Part shown: in pieces, positions 20,064 to 32,030 of the stretch | Numbering within the stretch: position 1 is the stretch's first letter | Layout of the letters: each line of letters opens with the position of its first letter | Source: Terriglobia bacterium | GTDB lineage: Bacteria; Acidobacteriota; Terriglobia; 2-12-FULL-54-10 | Length of the DNA stretch: 64,000 nucleotides | NCBI GenBank assembly: GCA_965222345.1 | Contig: CBDCTS010000006.1 | Span: 15,146 to 79,145 of the forward strand | Direction of reading: 5' to 3' | Made by a program: the position numbers and the translations under genes | The notes under the pieces: generated by a model | Databases searched by the model: none | What the model was told of the DNA's origin: nothing | Seen by the model: the letters and a program-made list of their open reading frames with translations, nothing else

Positions 20064-20339
20064 ATGTACCGGCTGACGATCCGGAAGCAAGCCATCAAAA
20101 CCCTGCAAAGAATGCGAGCTCGGGATGCCCTCCGCGTGCGCGGTGAACTGGACAAACTGGCCCAGAATCCCGGCCGGCGGGACATTGACGTAACGCCGTT
20201 GCGGGGCCGCCCCGGCTTGCGGCTGCGGGTTGGCCCCTGGCGGGTCATATTCGAGCGGGACGAAGAGGCTCGAAAAATCGACGTGCTGCGCATCGGCCCC
20301 CGCGGCGACGTTTACAAAGAGTTAGGAGGGACGCCATGA
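20064..20339 (+). CDS. RelE/ParE toxin
   Basis: PLRGRPGLRLRVGPWRVIF...IGPRGDVYK. Confidence 0.88.
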   Translation: MYRLTIRKQAIKTLQRMRARDALRVRGELDKLAQNPGRRDIDVTPLRGRPGLRLRVGPWRVIFERDEEARKIDVLRIGPRGDVYKELGGTP

Positions 20340-20707
20340 CTAAACCGCAAGTCATCCTCGACGATGGCGGGAAACCGGCATTCGCCGTGATCCCGTGGCG
20401 GGAGTACGCACGCTTGACGATGATGGATGCCGAGGCGGGGTTGAGCGACGAAGAGCTTTACGATCACGCCAAGTCCGTGGGTGGAGAGTCTTTTCCTATC
20501 GAGGTGGCGGATCGCCTTCTGGCGGGGAAGAAAGCCGTCAAGGTGTACCGTGAGCATCGTGGCATGACCCAGAAGCAACTGGCCAGTTCCGTTGGCATCA
20601 ACGCGCTCTACCTGTCGCAGATCGAGAGGGGCCGACGCACCGGCTCGGCCCGTACCTTGTCGGCCCTCGCCGAGGCGCTCGGCGTCGATGTGGACGACCT
20701 GATCTGA
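20336..20707 (+). CDS. XRE-HTH antitoxin
   Basis: ATGA overlap; KPAFAVIP and YREHRGMTQKQLA...YLSQIERG. Confidence 0.88.
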   Translation: MTKPQVILDDGGKPAFAVIPWREYARLTMMDAEAGLSDEELYDHAKSVGGESFPIEVADRLLAGKKAVKVYREHRGMTQKQLASSVGINALYLSQIERGRRTGSARTLSALAEALGVDVDDLI

Positions 20708-20709
20708 GA

Positions 20710-21072
20710 ATGAAGATGAAGAAGATGGCTTTGTTGATCGGTTTGTTGGCTGGTTCTCTCTTTCTGCCTCGGCAGTTGGTTGCCGATAAGCTGGAAGGAA
20801 TCATCCTCCAGAATAAAGGTGGTGTGCTACGGATTCTGGATGTCGTGAGTTACGAGAAGTTCCACATCCCCATCACTGCTTCCACGAAGGTTGTCCGAAA
20901 GAGCCACGAAGGCATTACCGTTGATGACCTGAGAGTTGGCTGGTTTATCGAAGTCGAAGGCAATAAGGTCGAAGTCAAGACCAGCAGGTTCGAGGAAGTG
21001 AAGTTCGACGGGTTCAGCGTACATTTTTACACCAATCTGCTCGGTACCCTTTCAGGGTCTCCTCGTCGGTAA
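20710..21072 (+). pseudogene. Probable truncated secreted protein
   Basis: Signal-peptide-like MKKMALLIGLLAG; ends abruptly. Confidence 0.35.
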
Positions 21073-21359
21073 ACCATCGAGAGACCTGCTGAAGGGAGCC
21101 GACGGTGATCCCCGGCGCGCTCTGGGCCATCGTCGAGATCCCTAAGTTTGTGCCGTGAGCGACGAGAGCTGCTTCGAAGAAGTACGCGGTCTTCTTCGAC
21201 TACGATCTGCGGTCCCGACACGTACGTCAGGAGGAAAAAAGTGATGAACTCCGCAAAAGTGGGCATGCTGTTTCTCTTGGCCCTGAGCTCGATGGCGCAA
21301 ACCCTGCCGCAGCCCGCCGGTCCCTACTTCGAGCCACTCCCGGATTGGCAATACAAAGC

Positions 21360-22472
21360 GGCATTGGTGCATGAATCGGCGTAAGCGGGCACGCTAGCAT
21401 CGGCGGAGGGTTCCGGTCCATCATGGAGATCAAGGGGGCAACGTCATGGCCGCAGGGAAGTCGAGCCGAATCAACCGCCAGTACAAGACTGAAGTACAGA
21501 ATGCGGAACTGGAGGGAGTACGAGCGTGGCCTCAGGAGCCGCGGGGACGTCACGATCTGGGTGAGCGAGGATGCGATTGCCGCGTGGATACAACCGAAGA
21601 ACGGTCTCCGCGGAGGGCAGCGTCGATACTCGAACCTCGCGATCCGGACCGCGTTGACGCTGCGGGTCGTCTTCGGCCTACCGCTTCGCCAGACCGAGGG
21701 GTTCCTGGACTCGCTGCTCCGCTTGATGGGCCTCAACCTCAAGGCCCCGGACCACACCACCCTCTCGCGCCGGAACCAAATCGTTGTGGTGCCGCCCCTG
21801 ACCCGAGCCCACGACGGCCCGATCGACCTGATCGTTGATTCCACAGGGCTCAAGATTCTGGGTCGCGGCGAATGGAACGCGCACAAGCACAAGACATCGA
21901 AGAAACGCCGGGATTGGCGGAAGCTGCACATCGGAGTGGATGCCGAGGGGTTCATTGTGGCGGCCGAACTCACAGCGAGCAGCCGGGACGACGCCTCCAC
22001 ACTCCCTGATCTTCTCGCCCCGCTCGAAGTTCCCATCCGGCGTTTCACGGCGGACGGGGCCTACGACCACAGGTCGGTCTACGATCGGGCCAGCGCGGCC
22101 GGTACAGAGAACGTCGTGATTGTGATCCCCCCTCGTCGCTCTGCGCTGTCGGCGGGGCCCACCGACGGCCCCTGGGCGCAGCGTGAAGCGTCTCTTCAGA
22201 GGATTCGCAAGGTCGGGTGACGGGAGTGGCAGAAGGAGTCGGGCTACCGACAGCAGGCGCGCGTTGAGAACAGCTTCTTCCGATACAAGTCCGTGTTCGG
22301 AGGCGACCTGAAGGCGAGGCACAGCAAGGCGCAACGCAGAGAAGCCGCGATCGGGTGTCACATTCTCAACCGGATGGCCGAGCTCGGTAGGCCATCGTCG
22401 TACGCTCTTGGTAGGTGATGGACCTGTGAGTCGGGTCCGTTGCGGGCCAGTTCCGATCCATGCACCAACGCC
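21360..22472 (+). mobile_element. IS5-family (IS903-like) element with a nonsense-mutated transposase
   Basis: IRs GGCATTGGTGCATGAATC / GGCGTTGGTGCATGGATC; DSTGLK, WRKLH, ADGAYD; in-frame TGA at 22218, frame continues to 22418; no TSD. Confidence 0.9.
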
Positions 22473-22570
22473 GCCCACGTTGCTAAACTTGCCGCAATGT
22501 CAAGCCATCGCAACCCGTACACTCGCCGTGTGAGACGGTGGAATTAGATCCTGCACGTGGCGGTGGCGCA

Positions 22571-24859
22571 ATGAGCCGCTCGCGACAATTGCTGTTGCTG
22601 GGCGGGTTCACCCTGTTGCTTCACATTCCTTTTCTGTTCCAGCCGGTCCAGGGCGACGAAGTCAATTACCTGGACATGGCGAAGCAAGTTATCGAGCGGC
22701 CATTGACCCCGCTGAATTTTCAATACGTGTTCCAGGGACGCCCGATAGACATGGCCGGACACCCCCACCCGCCGCTGAATGCCTACATCCTGGCCTTGCT
22801 CTGGGTGCTATGGGGAGGCTTCTCGCCATTGTTCTTTCACGGCGCCTACCTGCTGTTCGCCTTGACCATCAGTTTTGCGGCCTACGCGCTGGCCGCGCGT
22901 TTCACGACCCAGCCGCTATGGGCGGCGCTGCTGGTAGCTTCCTCGCCGCTGGTGCAGGTAAACAACAACACGCTGGCGATACCGGAGGGGCCGACGCTGG
23001 CGTTTCTGCTCTTGGGCGCGGCCTTGTACTTGCGCGAGCGCTTCTTGGCCGGGGGAATCTTCCTGGCGTTAGCCGGCTTCGCCGCCTTGCAGGCGCTGGC
23101 GCTCCCGCCGATCCTGCTGCTGAGCTATGCCTGTCGGCGGACGTACCCACCCCGCGCCGCGTGGGCGGCCGCGGCCGCGCCCTTCCTGCTGCTGGGAGCC
23201 TGGCAGGCGCTGCAATTCGTGCTCATCCATCGCCTTCCGTTTGCGGTGTTGCTTGGCTACATGACCGGCCCCACTTTTGGAAAGCTCAGCCTGAAAGGTA
23301 CCAATGCTCTGGTGCTGCTCCAGCACCTGGGCGTGCTGGTAACGTTGCTGCCGCTGTCCCGGCTCCGGCCACTGCTGCTGGTCCCAGGCCTGCTGGCTGC
23401 CGTGCTGGTCCCAGGATACCCCTGGTGGGAGCGCGTGTTACTGCTCGTTTTCGTGTCTCTCGGGATCCATGCTCTTCTCTGGCTCTGGAACGTCCGTAAC
23501 AGCGAGCCCTTCCTGGCCAGCTGGTGCCTGCTGTACTTCGCCTTTGCGCTTGTGGCCTTCTTTGCTGGCGCGGCGCGCTACCTGCTGCCGCTGGTCGTGC
23601 CGATGGTCTTGCTGGTGGTGCGGCAGTGCGCAACTCGCCCGCGATGGTTGGCGCTGGCCCTGGCGTTTAATACCTTTCTCGGTCTGAATTTCTCCCTCGC
23701 CGCCTACGAATTCGCGCGGTTGTACCCTCAGCTCCAGCCGCCACCCGGCGCCACGTTCTTGGTAAACGGCGAGTGGGGCTTCCGCTACTACATGGTCCAA
23801 CAGGGCGGGCGCATGCTCCAGCACAACAGCGTGCCGTTGCCCGGCGAATGGATTGTCTCTTCGGAGATGTCACTGGCAGCAAATTACGGCAGCCTGGCGG
23901 AAGCCCTGGCCGTGCCGCTCGAGGTGAAAGACCTTGCCGTTCACAGCCCGCTGCGCCTGTTGGACCGTTACGCCCACAGCGGCTTTTCCAGCGCGACTTT
24001 CGGTCTGCTGCCTTTTTCATTTTCAAGCCGGCCCGTGGATCGCATTACCTATGCCCGAACTTCCCCTTTCCTGAACTTGGAAGCACCCTGGACTCCAACA
24101 CAGTTCGACGGCCGCCTCGTGTATCTGCCTGCGTCCGGCGCTGCCATCCATCTGCCCCTGGAGCCTGCCTGGCAGAGCCTGCACCTGGCCCTGTTTGGTA
24201 GCGAAAGCGGCCAAGCCACGTTCAAGATTTGGGACCCGTCGGGCCGGATGCTCCTTGAGGAGAGAGTCGAAGTCCTCAAGGAGTTATGGGAACCTCGAAC
24301 GGTGCCGCTTGACGGGGCACGCGAGGTGGTATTGTCGGTTGAAGCTTCTCCCGGATTGCGCGCAGGCTGGGGGGAACTGGTTCCCGTCGGCTCCGATGAG
24401 CCAACCGCCCCCCTGACCCGCTCGGCCACCGCTCCTGTGAGCGATCCCTCCCTCAGCTACCTTCATCTCGGTGATCTGCGTGCCAGACCTCAGTTGCTGG
24501 GGCGCTGGTATCCCATTGAAGACGGCGGCTGGCGCTGGATGGGTAAGCAGGCTCAGGCGGTTTTGAGGACCCCGCAGGAATCGCCGGTGGACTTTGAACT
24601 GCGGTTGTTTTTCCCGAAGGCCCACCCGCAACGGGCGGGCGGCCCGGTGACAGTCTCTGTCTTGCTGGAAGACGACCTGCTTGTGGAGAGGACCTACCGT
24701 GCCGCCGGGGCCTACACCATCCGCCAGCCCGTGCCGCCTGGTTCTCTTCCCCATCCTGTCACCCGGGTCAGCATCCGCCTGGACCGCGCTGTTCCGCCGA
24801 CGGGTGAGGATCGGCGCGAGCTGGGCGCGGTGGTGCTGGGCTTTGGTTTCGCGAGATGA
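22571..24859 (+). CDS. GT-C (ArnT/PMT-like) membrane glycosyltransferase
   Basis: GDEVNY, HPPL, many TM helices, RYLLP; extracytoplasmic C-terminus. Confidence 0.75.
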   Translation: MSRSRQLLLLGGFTLLLHIPFLFQPVQGDEVNYLDMAKQVIERPLTPLNFQYVFQGRPIDMAGHPHPPLNAYILALLWVLWGGFSPLFFHGAYLLFALTISFAAYALAARFTTQPLWAALLVASSPLVQVNNNTLAIPEGPTLAFLLLGAALYLRERFLAGGIFLALAGFAALQALALPPILLLSYACRRTYPPRAAWAAAAAPFLLLGAWQALQFVLIHRLPFAVLLGYMTGPTFGKLSLKGTNALVLLQHLGVLVTLLPLSRLRPLLLVPGLLAAVLVPGYPWWERVLLLVFVSLGIHALLWLWNVRNSEPFLASWCLLYFAFALVAFFAGAARYLLPLVVPMVLLVVRQCATRPRWLALALAFNTFLGLNFSLAAYEFARLYPQLQPPPGATFLVNGEWGFRYYMVQQGGRMLQHNSVPLPGEWIVSSEMSLAANYGSLAEALAVPLEVKDLAVHSPLRLLDRYAHSGFSSATFGLLPFSFSSRPVDRITYARTSPFLNLEAPWTPTQFDGRLVYLPASGAAIHLPLEPAWQSLHLALFGSESGQATFKIWDPSGRMLLEERVEVLKELWEPRTVPLDGAREVVLSVEASPGLRAGWGELVPVGSDEPTAPLTRSATAPVSDPSLSYLHLGDLRARPQLLGRWYPIEDGGWRWMGKQAQAVLRTPQESPVDFELRLFFPKAHPQRAGGPVTVSVLLEDDLLVERTYRAAGAYTIRQPVPPGSLPHPVTRVSIRLDRAVPPTGEDRRELGAVVLGFGFAR

Positions 24860-25021
24860 GCGTTGGTACATCCCTGCCTAGCGCTTCGCAAACCGATGCC
24901 GGTACAAGACGTCGTCAAGCCATTGGCGCGTCCCAAAAACGATGGTTCCGGTTTCGAGACGGTTTAGAATAAAGAGACGAATAAAGAGACGGCCTCGAAC
25001 CCCTTGAACGGAACTTAAAGT

Positions 25022-25633
25022 ATGCCCACGGAAACCGTCCTGGAATCGAACGATATTGAGACGGTGGCACCGGCCCGCGTGGGCGACACCCTGGGCTACG
25101 CTCGCGTCTCGACCCACGAACAGAACCCCGACGCCCAGCGCGACCGGCTCATTGAGGCTGGCGCCATTCGCGTCTTCACCGACATCGTCTCGGGTAAGCG
25201 CTTCGACCGCCCCGCCCTGGCCGAGCTCATTGATCACGCCCGCCCCGGTGACCGTCTCTGCATCATTCGCCTCGACCGGCTCGGACGCTCACTCAGGGAG
25301 CTGCTCGAAACCGTCGACGGCCTCAAGGCCCGCGGCATCCACCTGATCAGCCTCGAGGAGCGCCTCGACACCTCGTCCGCGGCCGGCGAACTCGTGTTCC
25401 ACGTCTTCGGCTCCATCGCGCACTTCGAACGCCGGCTCATCTCCGAGCGTACCCGCGACGGCATCGCCGCCGCCAGGAAACGCGGGCGAACACCGGGCCG
25501 ACCGCCGCTCGACCCGGAGACAGTTTCCGCCGCTGAGAAACTCATCGCGGCCGGATTGTCACCCGCTCGAGCCGCAAAACAGCTTGGCATTGGCAGGGCA
25601 ACGGCTTACAGAATCGCAAAGGCGCTGCGTTGA
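25022..25633 (+). CDS. Serine resolvase
   Basis: GYARVST, RLDRLGRS, C-terminal HTH; Tn3-like IR at 25659-25696. Confidence 0.92.
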   Translation: MPTETVLESNDIETVAPARVGDTLGYARVSTHEQNPDAQRDRLIEAGAIRVFTDIVSGKRFDRPALAELIDHARPGDRLCIIRLDRLGRSLRELLETVDGLKARGIHLISLEERLDTSSAAGELVFHVFGSIAHFERRLISERTRDGIAAARKRGRTPGRPPLDPETVSAAEKLIAAGLSPARAAKQLGIGRATAYRIAKALR

Positions 25634-25999
25634 AGTCGAAACCGAGGCCCTTCGGTCCCTTAGAGTAATCCTACGAACAAACCTTGCGATGACCCGGTGG
25701 GACCGCGTTGAGGGTCGAATCGAGAGCTTTATCCAAGGCAGAGTGCGCAGTCGCGGATGGGACTTCAGCCGCTAGTTCTCGCAGCGCTCCCCCTGTGGTC
25801 CTGCTGCACCTGATCTGTAAAGATCGAGTGAACAGGAGAAGCCATTCAGTCGTCAACGAGACGGTCTGGTTCCCCATCGGGCAAGCCTTCTCTGATCTGG
25901 GCGGCAAAGTGCGAGGTAAGAGTCAATGAGCAAGCACGAAACTCCCATGATCGAGCTTTATTGGCGACAAATCGGTGGCACTCTGGTCGAAGAGTATTA

Positions 26000-26415
26000 G
26001 GGGTCACCTCACGAAACGGAAATAATCGTACGCTAAGCGACTCTCGCCGCCTTGGGAAGCGTCGGGTTGGAGTAAACCCTAGCCTGGCGTCAGGGAAGGC
26101 GCGCTGAGGCGTCAGAATAGGGTTCTCCTTTGAATTGATTGACACATACCGTCAAGGGTTATAGATTTCTTCCTGACAGATTGGATTCAGGAGGACTCCT
26201 TGCACGGTCAACGCATCGGCTACGTCCGGGTGAGCAGCTTCGAGAACCGACGCTACCGCGCCAGCGGCTTCAACCTGCTGGGCTGGGAGCATATCAACCT
26301 GACTGGCGATTACATCTGGCCCAAGAACAAGCGAGTCGATCAGGGCAGCTTCTGGCCCCTACCGCCTCTCAACGGGCCTTAGCGTACGATCCTTTCCGTT
26401 TCGTGAGGTGACCCC
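26000..26415 (+). mobile_element. 416-bp miniature Tn3 (Tn21-like) element
   Basis: 38-bp IRs at 26000-26037 and 26378-26415; flanks TATTA/TACTA; res-like region; tnpR start GQRIGYVRVS fused to tnpA end LGWEHINLTGDYIW. Confidence 0.85.
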
Positions 26416-26473
26416 TACTAGTAGTATTGTGTTGCACGGCTTTGCTGTGCCGTGTCGCCCTCAAGATGGGTCG

Positions 26474-28249
26474 CTATTGCGGTTGGGGGACGCAGTGTTC
26501 TTGGTAGGCCTTCTTGAGGGCTTCGGCGATCTGCGACGGGTCATGGCTTTCGATTTCGTGCCTGTGGAGCATATCAGTGCTGTCCGGGGAAAGTTGCGCC
26601 AACGGACGGTAAGTCTTTAACGCTCAATGCCTTATGGCCTGTTTTGCCCGGGAACGATTTGAAATCCCGAGGCCGCAAATGGCCGCCTGAGCGGAGCATC
26701 CCGACGCGGCACAATGGGGGATGAACCTTGGCCGTACGATTTTCTCCCAACTGATCGAGTACCTGCCGAGCAAAGAGTTTCACAAATGTGTATGGCGCTA
26801 CCGCGGCGATTCCTATCTGAAAAGTTTCTCCTGCTGGGATCAGTTTCTTTCGATGGCATTCGCCCAGCTGACCTATCGGGAAAGCCTCCGCGACATCGAG
26901 ACGTGCCTGCGTTCGATGCACGGCAAACTCTACCACATGGGATTCCGCAGCAGGGTAGCGCGCTCGACACTGGCCGATGCGAACGAGTCGCGCGACTGGC
27001 GGATCTACGCGGACTTCGCGCAGGTCTTGATTGGCATGGCACGGCCGTTATATGCCCACGACCCGATCGGTGTGGACTTGGACCAGACTCTGTACGCTCT
27101 CGACTCGACAACAATCGACCTCTGCCTGTCGCTGTTTCCGTGGGCCAGATTCCGCCAGCACAAGGCCGCCGTGAAGATGCACACGCTGCTGGATCTGCAC
27201 GGCAATATTCCCACGTTTATCAGCATTACTGCAGGCAAAGTGCAGGACGTCAACATCCTGGATGAATTTCTTCCCGAGGCCGGAGCGTTCTACGTCATGG
27301 ATCGGGGTTATGTCGATTTTCGGCGCCTCTTCGTGTTCACGCTCTGTTCGGCCTTCTTCGTGGTGCGAACCAAAAAGAACGTTTTGCTGCAGCGTCGCTA
27401 CTCCCACCCGGTGGATAGGAGCACAGGCCTGCGATCCGATCACACCGTCCTTTTGACCTCTTTCAACTCCGCCCAAGCGTACCCGGACCCCCTACGGCGG
27501 GTGAGTTATTTCGATGCCGAAAGCAACAAGCGGTTGAAATTCCTGACCAATAACTTCACCCTGCCGGCACTGACCATCGCCCACATCTACAAATCGCGCT
27601 GGCAGGTGGAACTCTTCTTCAAGTGGATCAAGCAACATCTGCGAATCAAGTCGTTTTACGGCACCAGCGAGAACGCCGTCAAGACGCAGATCTGGATCGC
27701 TGTCTCGATTTACGTGCTCATCGCCATGGTCCGGAAACGCCTCGGGCTGGAAGCGAGTCTCTACCAGATTCTACAGATTCTCAGCGTTACGCTATTCGAA
27801 AAAATGCCCATTTTACAGGCACTCCAGCCATCCGACTCCCAAAACGGATCCCCCTATGACCCCAACCAATTGATTCTATTCGACTTTTAACCGGACAGCA
27901 GTGGGAGCATATAGACGGGCTTGCCGTCCCGAAAGAGTGCGGCGGAAGGCGACGAGGGCGGTAGGGGTGCCAGGATTTGTCGGACGTGCGCCACGGCTTC
28001 TATGTCGCCACCGGCGAAGACGGTTGCTACCTTGTCGGGTCGGATATCCCCCTCAAGGGATTTGAGCACGCCGGGCCGTGCGGAACCCGCAGCACAGCCG
28101 CAGACTGAGTTCACCACCATCAGGACCGTGCCGCTGCCAGGAGCGAGTAGTTCGTCGACCTGTTCGGGCGTGCGGGTCTCGATGACACCTCGGCTCGATA
28201 GCTCAGCTCTCATGGGTTCGATGAAATATTCGGGATATTGCACGGCCAC
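26474..28249 (-). pseudogene. BrxA/BrxB bacilliredoxin interrupted by IS4
   Basis: NSVCGCAAG, PSSPS; rejoins VYML|HRHEIE after removing the IS and one TSD. Confidence 0.88.
26575..27903 (+). mobile_element. IS4-family element (transposase 26721-27890)
   Basis: IRs CAGTGCTGTCCGG / CACTGCTGTCCGG; 9-bp TSD GGAGCATAT; DSTTI, MDRGY, YKSRWQVELFFK. Confidence 0.95.
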
Positions 28250-28399
28250 AGACCTTCCGTCCGACAGCTTAGCAGGCCTCGCTCTTGCGAGTTCCGCTAG
28301 GCTGAGGCGGCTATTTTGTTGCACCCCTAGGCGCGCCCACGTCACTAGAAATGGAACGATCGCGTCTACAAGGCAGTTCGAGCGGCCGCCGAACCAACC

Positions 28400-28751
28400 G
28401 ATCGTCGGTGCTGGTTTTGGGGGCCTGTATGCCCACGGAAGAGCTGCGGCAGGCCGATTTAGCGGTGACGCTGATCGACCGCCGCAACCACCACCTCGTC
28501 CAACCCGGGGTCTGTCAGCAACCAGGGCGCGAGGCCACAAAGGTGGCTGGAAACCGCTCGATCCCAACGCCCCGTGGGCTCAAATGGCCAAAACAATGTA
28601 CCAGGACAAGTCGATGCAGGTCAGAGACATCTGCCAGACGCTGCGCATCTCTCGCTCAACACTTTACCGCTGGATGGCCTCCCAACAGCAGCAAGCAGCC
28701 ACTCCGATCCAGGCTTAGCGTGTAACCTCGCAGCATTTTGCCCGCTACCCT
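28400..28751 (+). pseudogene. Chimera of an NDH-2-like N-terminus and a resolvase C-terminus, ending in a Tn3 IR
   Basis: IVGAGFGGL, TLIDRRNHH; ARARGHKGG...ICQTLRISRSTLYR; IR 28714-28751. Confidence 0.6.
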
Positions 28752-29222
28752 CCATAGACCATAGAGACACTCTGTTAGTTGAGACTCGCCCGAGACTGCA
28801 GGTTCTTGATCTCGGCCGCTCGACCCTGCAGGGCCTCAATCTCGGTTTTCAGCGCGAAAGGATCTATCGTCCTGAGCGCGGAAAAGAACTGCCGGAGGCT
28901 CTCCGGTCCCAATCCACAAAAGTTCAAGGTGATGGCGACCTGGGCACAGTCGGGGCAGGGTGTCTGCCCCGTCCCTACGTCTTCACCCTCGACGCCACAC
29001 AGCGTAACCGACTCGCTGAACGACTCTCCCGGCCAGTCCACGCCAAAGTGGTGATAATGTCCTTGCTTCTTCATGGCCGTTGGGTCTCCTGGGGGTTGAT
29101 TTCACGCTGGGGCAGAGTCGCTTCTGGTGGCCGTTCGTGTTTTGGACCCATGCACACAGATTACCCCAGTTTTGCTTCCCGAAATCTTCGGCATTGAATA
29201 GCGACACCGAAGAGGGGGCGTT

Positions 29223-31776
29223 TGTCAAGGGCGGAGTAAATTTGGACCACTTCGGCGGAGCAAAAGTAGACCAGTTGGTGAAAGGGTAGCGGTTTTCGTG
29301 GGACGGCTGGAACGGAGCCTGCGGTCGCCCTTTAGGGCGGCCCAGGCGTAGTGGAGGCCGTCCCACGAAAACCGGGCGAGTGGCCGGTGGGTCAGCCCAA
29401 AGAGTGAGCCCGCTTCTTCTTGCTCTGGATCAGACGGAAGCTTTCGCCGTTCATCTCTAGAATATGAACGTGGTGCGTGAGGCGATCGAGCAGGGCGCCG
29501 GTCAGCCGCTCGGAGCCGAAGACCTCCGTCCATTCGTTAAACGGCAGATTCGAGGTGACCAGCGTCGAGCCCTGTTCGTAGCGCTGGGAAAACACTTCGA
29601 ACAATAACTCCGCTCCGGTCTTCGATAGCGGCACGTAGCCCAGTTCATAGACGATCAGCAGATCCTGTTTGGCCAACTGCTTTTGACATCGCAGCAAGCG
29701 CCGTTCATCTCGGGCTTCGAGCAGCTCATTGACCAGTGCCGCCGCTGTTGTGAAGCGTGTTCGATAGCCGCGCTGACAAGCCGCCAGTCCCAACGCCAAG
29801 CCGATGTGCGTTTTGCCCGTGCCGGAATTACCCAGTGCCGGCACGTTTTCGCGGCGGTCGATAAACTCACAGCGCGCCAGTTCCAGCACCAGCTTCTTGT
29901 TCAACGCTGGCAAGGACGGGAAGTCGAAAGTGTCCAGACTCTTGGTCACGGGAAACTTCGCGGCCTTGATGCGGCGCTCGGTGGCCCGCTGTTCACGGTC
30001 GAGCAGTTCCAGCTCGCAGAGTTGTTGCAGGAAGCTCCTCGAATCCAAGCTCTCGGCGGCGCATTGCCGCGCCAGTTTGTCGTACTCGCGCAGGAAGGTT
30101 GGCAGCCGCAACGCTTTCAAATGCGCTTCGAGCAGAAGTTTCGACCTCGCCATTACCCCCCTCCTTGTGCCAGCAGTGCCAAATAGTCCGCAGCGGAGGT
30201 TTGCTCCACCTGGGCTGCCGGCAGGTGCGGATACTTCGTCAAGTCCAAGCGCGGCGGCCGTTGCTCGATGCGGCACAGCACTAAGTGCCTGACTGCATCC
30301 AAGCCAATCGCTCCCAACTCGCAGGCTTGGCGCACCGCCGCGGCAACGTGCTCGAATCGGAAGTCCTCCAGTAATCGCAATACCTGCACGTACTCGCGCT
30401 TGCCTGGCATTCCCAACCGTGCCTCGAGCAAACGTCTCAAGCACGTGAACTGTTCGGGCAGCTCCCAGCCCGCCAACGGGGCCGCTTGATCGAGCGCGTT
30501 GGTCTTGCGTTCCAGCAGTGCTAGGTAATGCAGCGGATCGAAGATCAACTCTTCGCGTTCGTAACTGCGCCGGTGGCGCGCGATCTCTTCGCTGCCACAA
30601 CAGATCACGATTTCATCGACGTAGCCTTTCAGCAACACCTGGCGATGTCCGTAGCGTGTGGGCGCCGAGTAGTCGTTGGCGCGATAGCGCACCAATGACA
30701 GCGACGTCACCCGCGTGGTGCGTTTGTCGCAGGCGTCATAGGGCGTGGGCGGCAAGGGCAACAACGCTTGGCGGTCACGCTTGAAACGTTCCTCAATCGT
30801 TTCGGTGTGCCGCCGCAAGCGCCGCTTACGATTGTTGAGGCACTGCGCTTCGAGCTGCTCGTTGAACGCTTCCCAGCTTGGAAACCTTGGCGCCGGCACC
30901 ATGAAGTTCCGCCGGGCATAACCGACCAGTCCTTCCACCTTTCCCTTGTCGTTGCCTTTGCCCGGACGCCCGAAACGATCGGAGAATAAATAGTGCGACT
31001 GCAGTTCACTGAACACCCTGGTCCGCTTGCGCCTGCCGTCGCCCAGAATCCTCGCCACCGCCAAGGTCGTGTTGTCGTAGAGGATGCTGCGTGGCACGCC
31101 GCCGAAGTACCGAAACGCTGCGTTGTGCCCCTCGCAAAACGCTTCCGTCGTCTCGGCCGGGAAAGCTTTTACGAAAGCGTCATCGCTATGCGGCAGATCG
31201 ACCACCAAGTAGTGCGCCTTGCGCTGTACGCCGTCAATGACCACCAGAGCTTCACCGAAGTCGGCCTGGGCATCGCCCGGCGGATGCACCAGCGGCACGA
31301 ACATCTCTTGCCCGCCGAGCTTCTTGTCGCGAACATAGTCCTTGACGATCGTGTAACCGCCGGTGAAATCGTACTCGTCGCGCAAGCGGTCGAAGATGCG
31401 TTTTGCGGTGTGGCGTTGTTTCTTCGGACGTTCCTGATCGTCGATGAGGATCTGATCGACGATTCCGGTGAAGGGATCCAGCTTCGGCCTCTGCGCTGGT
31501 TGGCGCCGCCGATAGCCCGGCGGAGTGGCGTAGCGCAACATCTTGCGCACCGTCCCTCGCGCCAGGCCAAACCGTTTGGCGGCCTCGCGCTCACTGAGCC
31601 CTTCGACAAAGACACTGCGCCGTACTTGAGCGTATAGCTCCACGCGATACATCCCTCTCGTGTCCCACAAACACCACAGGAATGTTCGCTGGACCACTCG
31701 GACGGTCTACTTTTACTCCGCCCAAAAGCAGCTTCGATTCGCCGCTCTATGGTCTAGTTTCGCTCCGCCGTTCTCA
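29223..31776 (-). mobile_element. IS21-family element, copy 2 (istA 30153-31652, istB 29392-30153)
   Basis: Inverted near-identical copy of 14444-16997; IstB Walker B reads LIVYELG. Confidence 0.95.
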
Positions 31777-32030
31777 GCTTTGATTTCTGCTCTGCGATGG
31801 GAGGCTGGCAGTGCTTTAGCCGCAGCCCCCCGGGGATGCTCTCGACCGCCCCCGACAGGCCTGGATAGACCACCATCACCTTCTTGATCGCCGCAGTGGA
31901 TCGCGCCTTGAAGTTCGCAACTCTGCAGTACTCCTGCCCCATCGCATCGCGCAACGACTCCCACGACACGTCCACCGGTTCTCTGGGCTCGATACGCCGC
32001 AGCCTCTGGGCGCAGAACGTGTAGGCCCAG
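31777..32030 (-). pseudogene. repA: repA C-terminal fragment cut by IS21
   Basis: AQRLRRIEP...VSWESL...YPG...GLRLKHCQPPI aligns with the C-terminus of 38890-39852. Confidence 0.7.

Noticed and set aside
27887-28567. 226-aa ORF as an intact protein
   Set aside because: Combines spurious upstream sequence, the IS-interrupted bacilliredoxin and the IS end
29189-29199. CGGCATTGAAT match to the left flank of IS21 copy 1
   Set aside because: Not adjacent to the IS end, so it cannot be a TSD; probably chance
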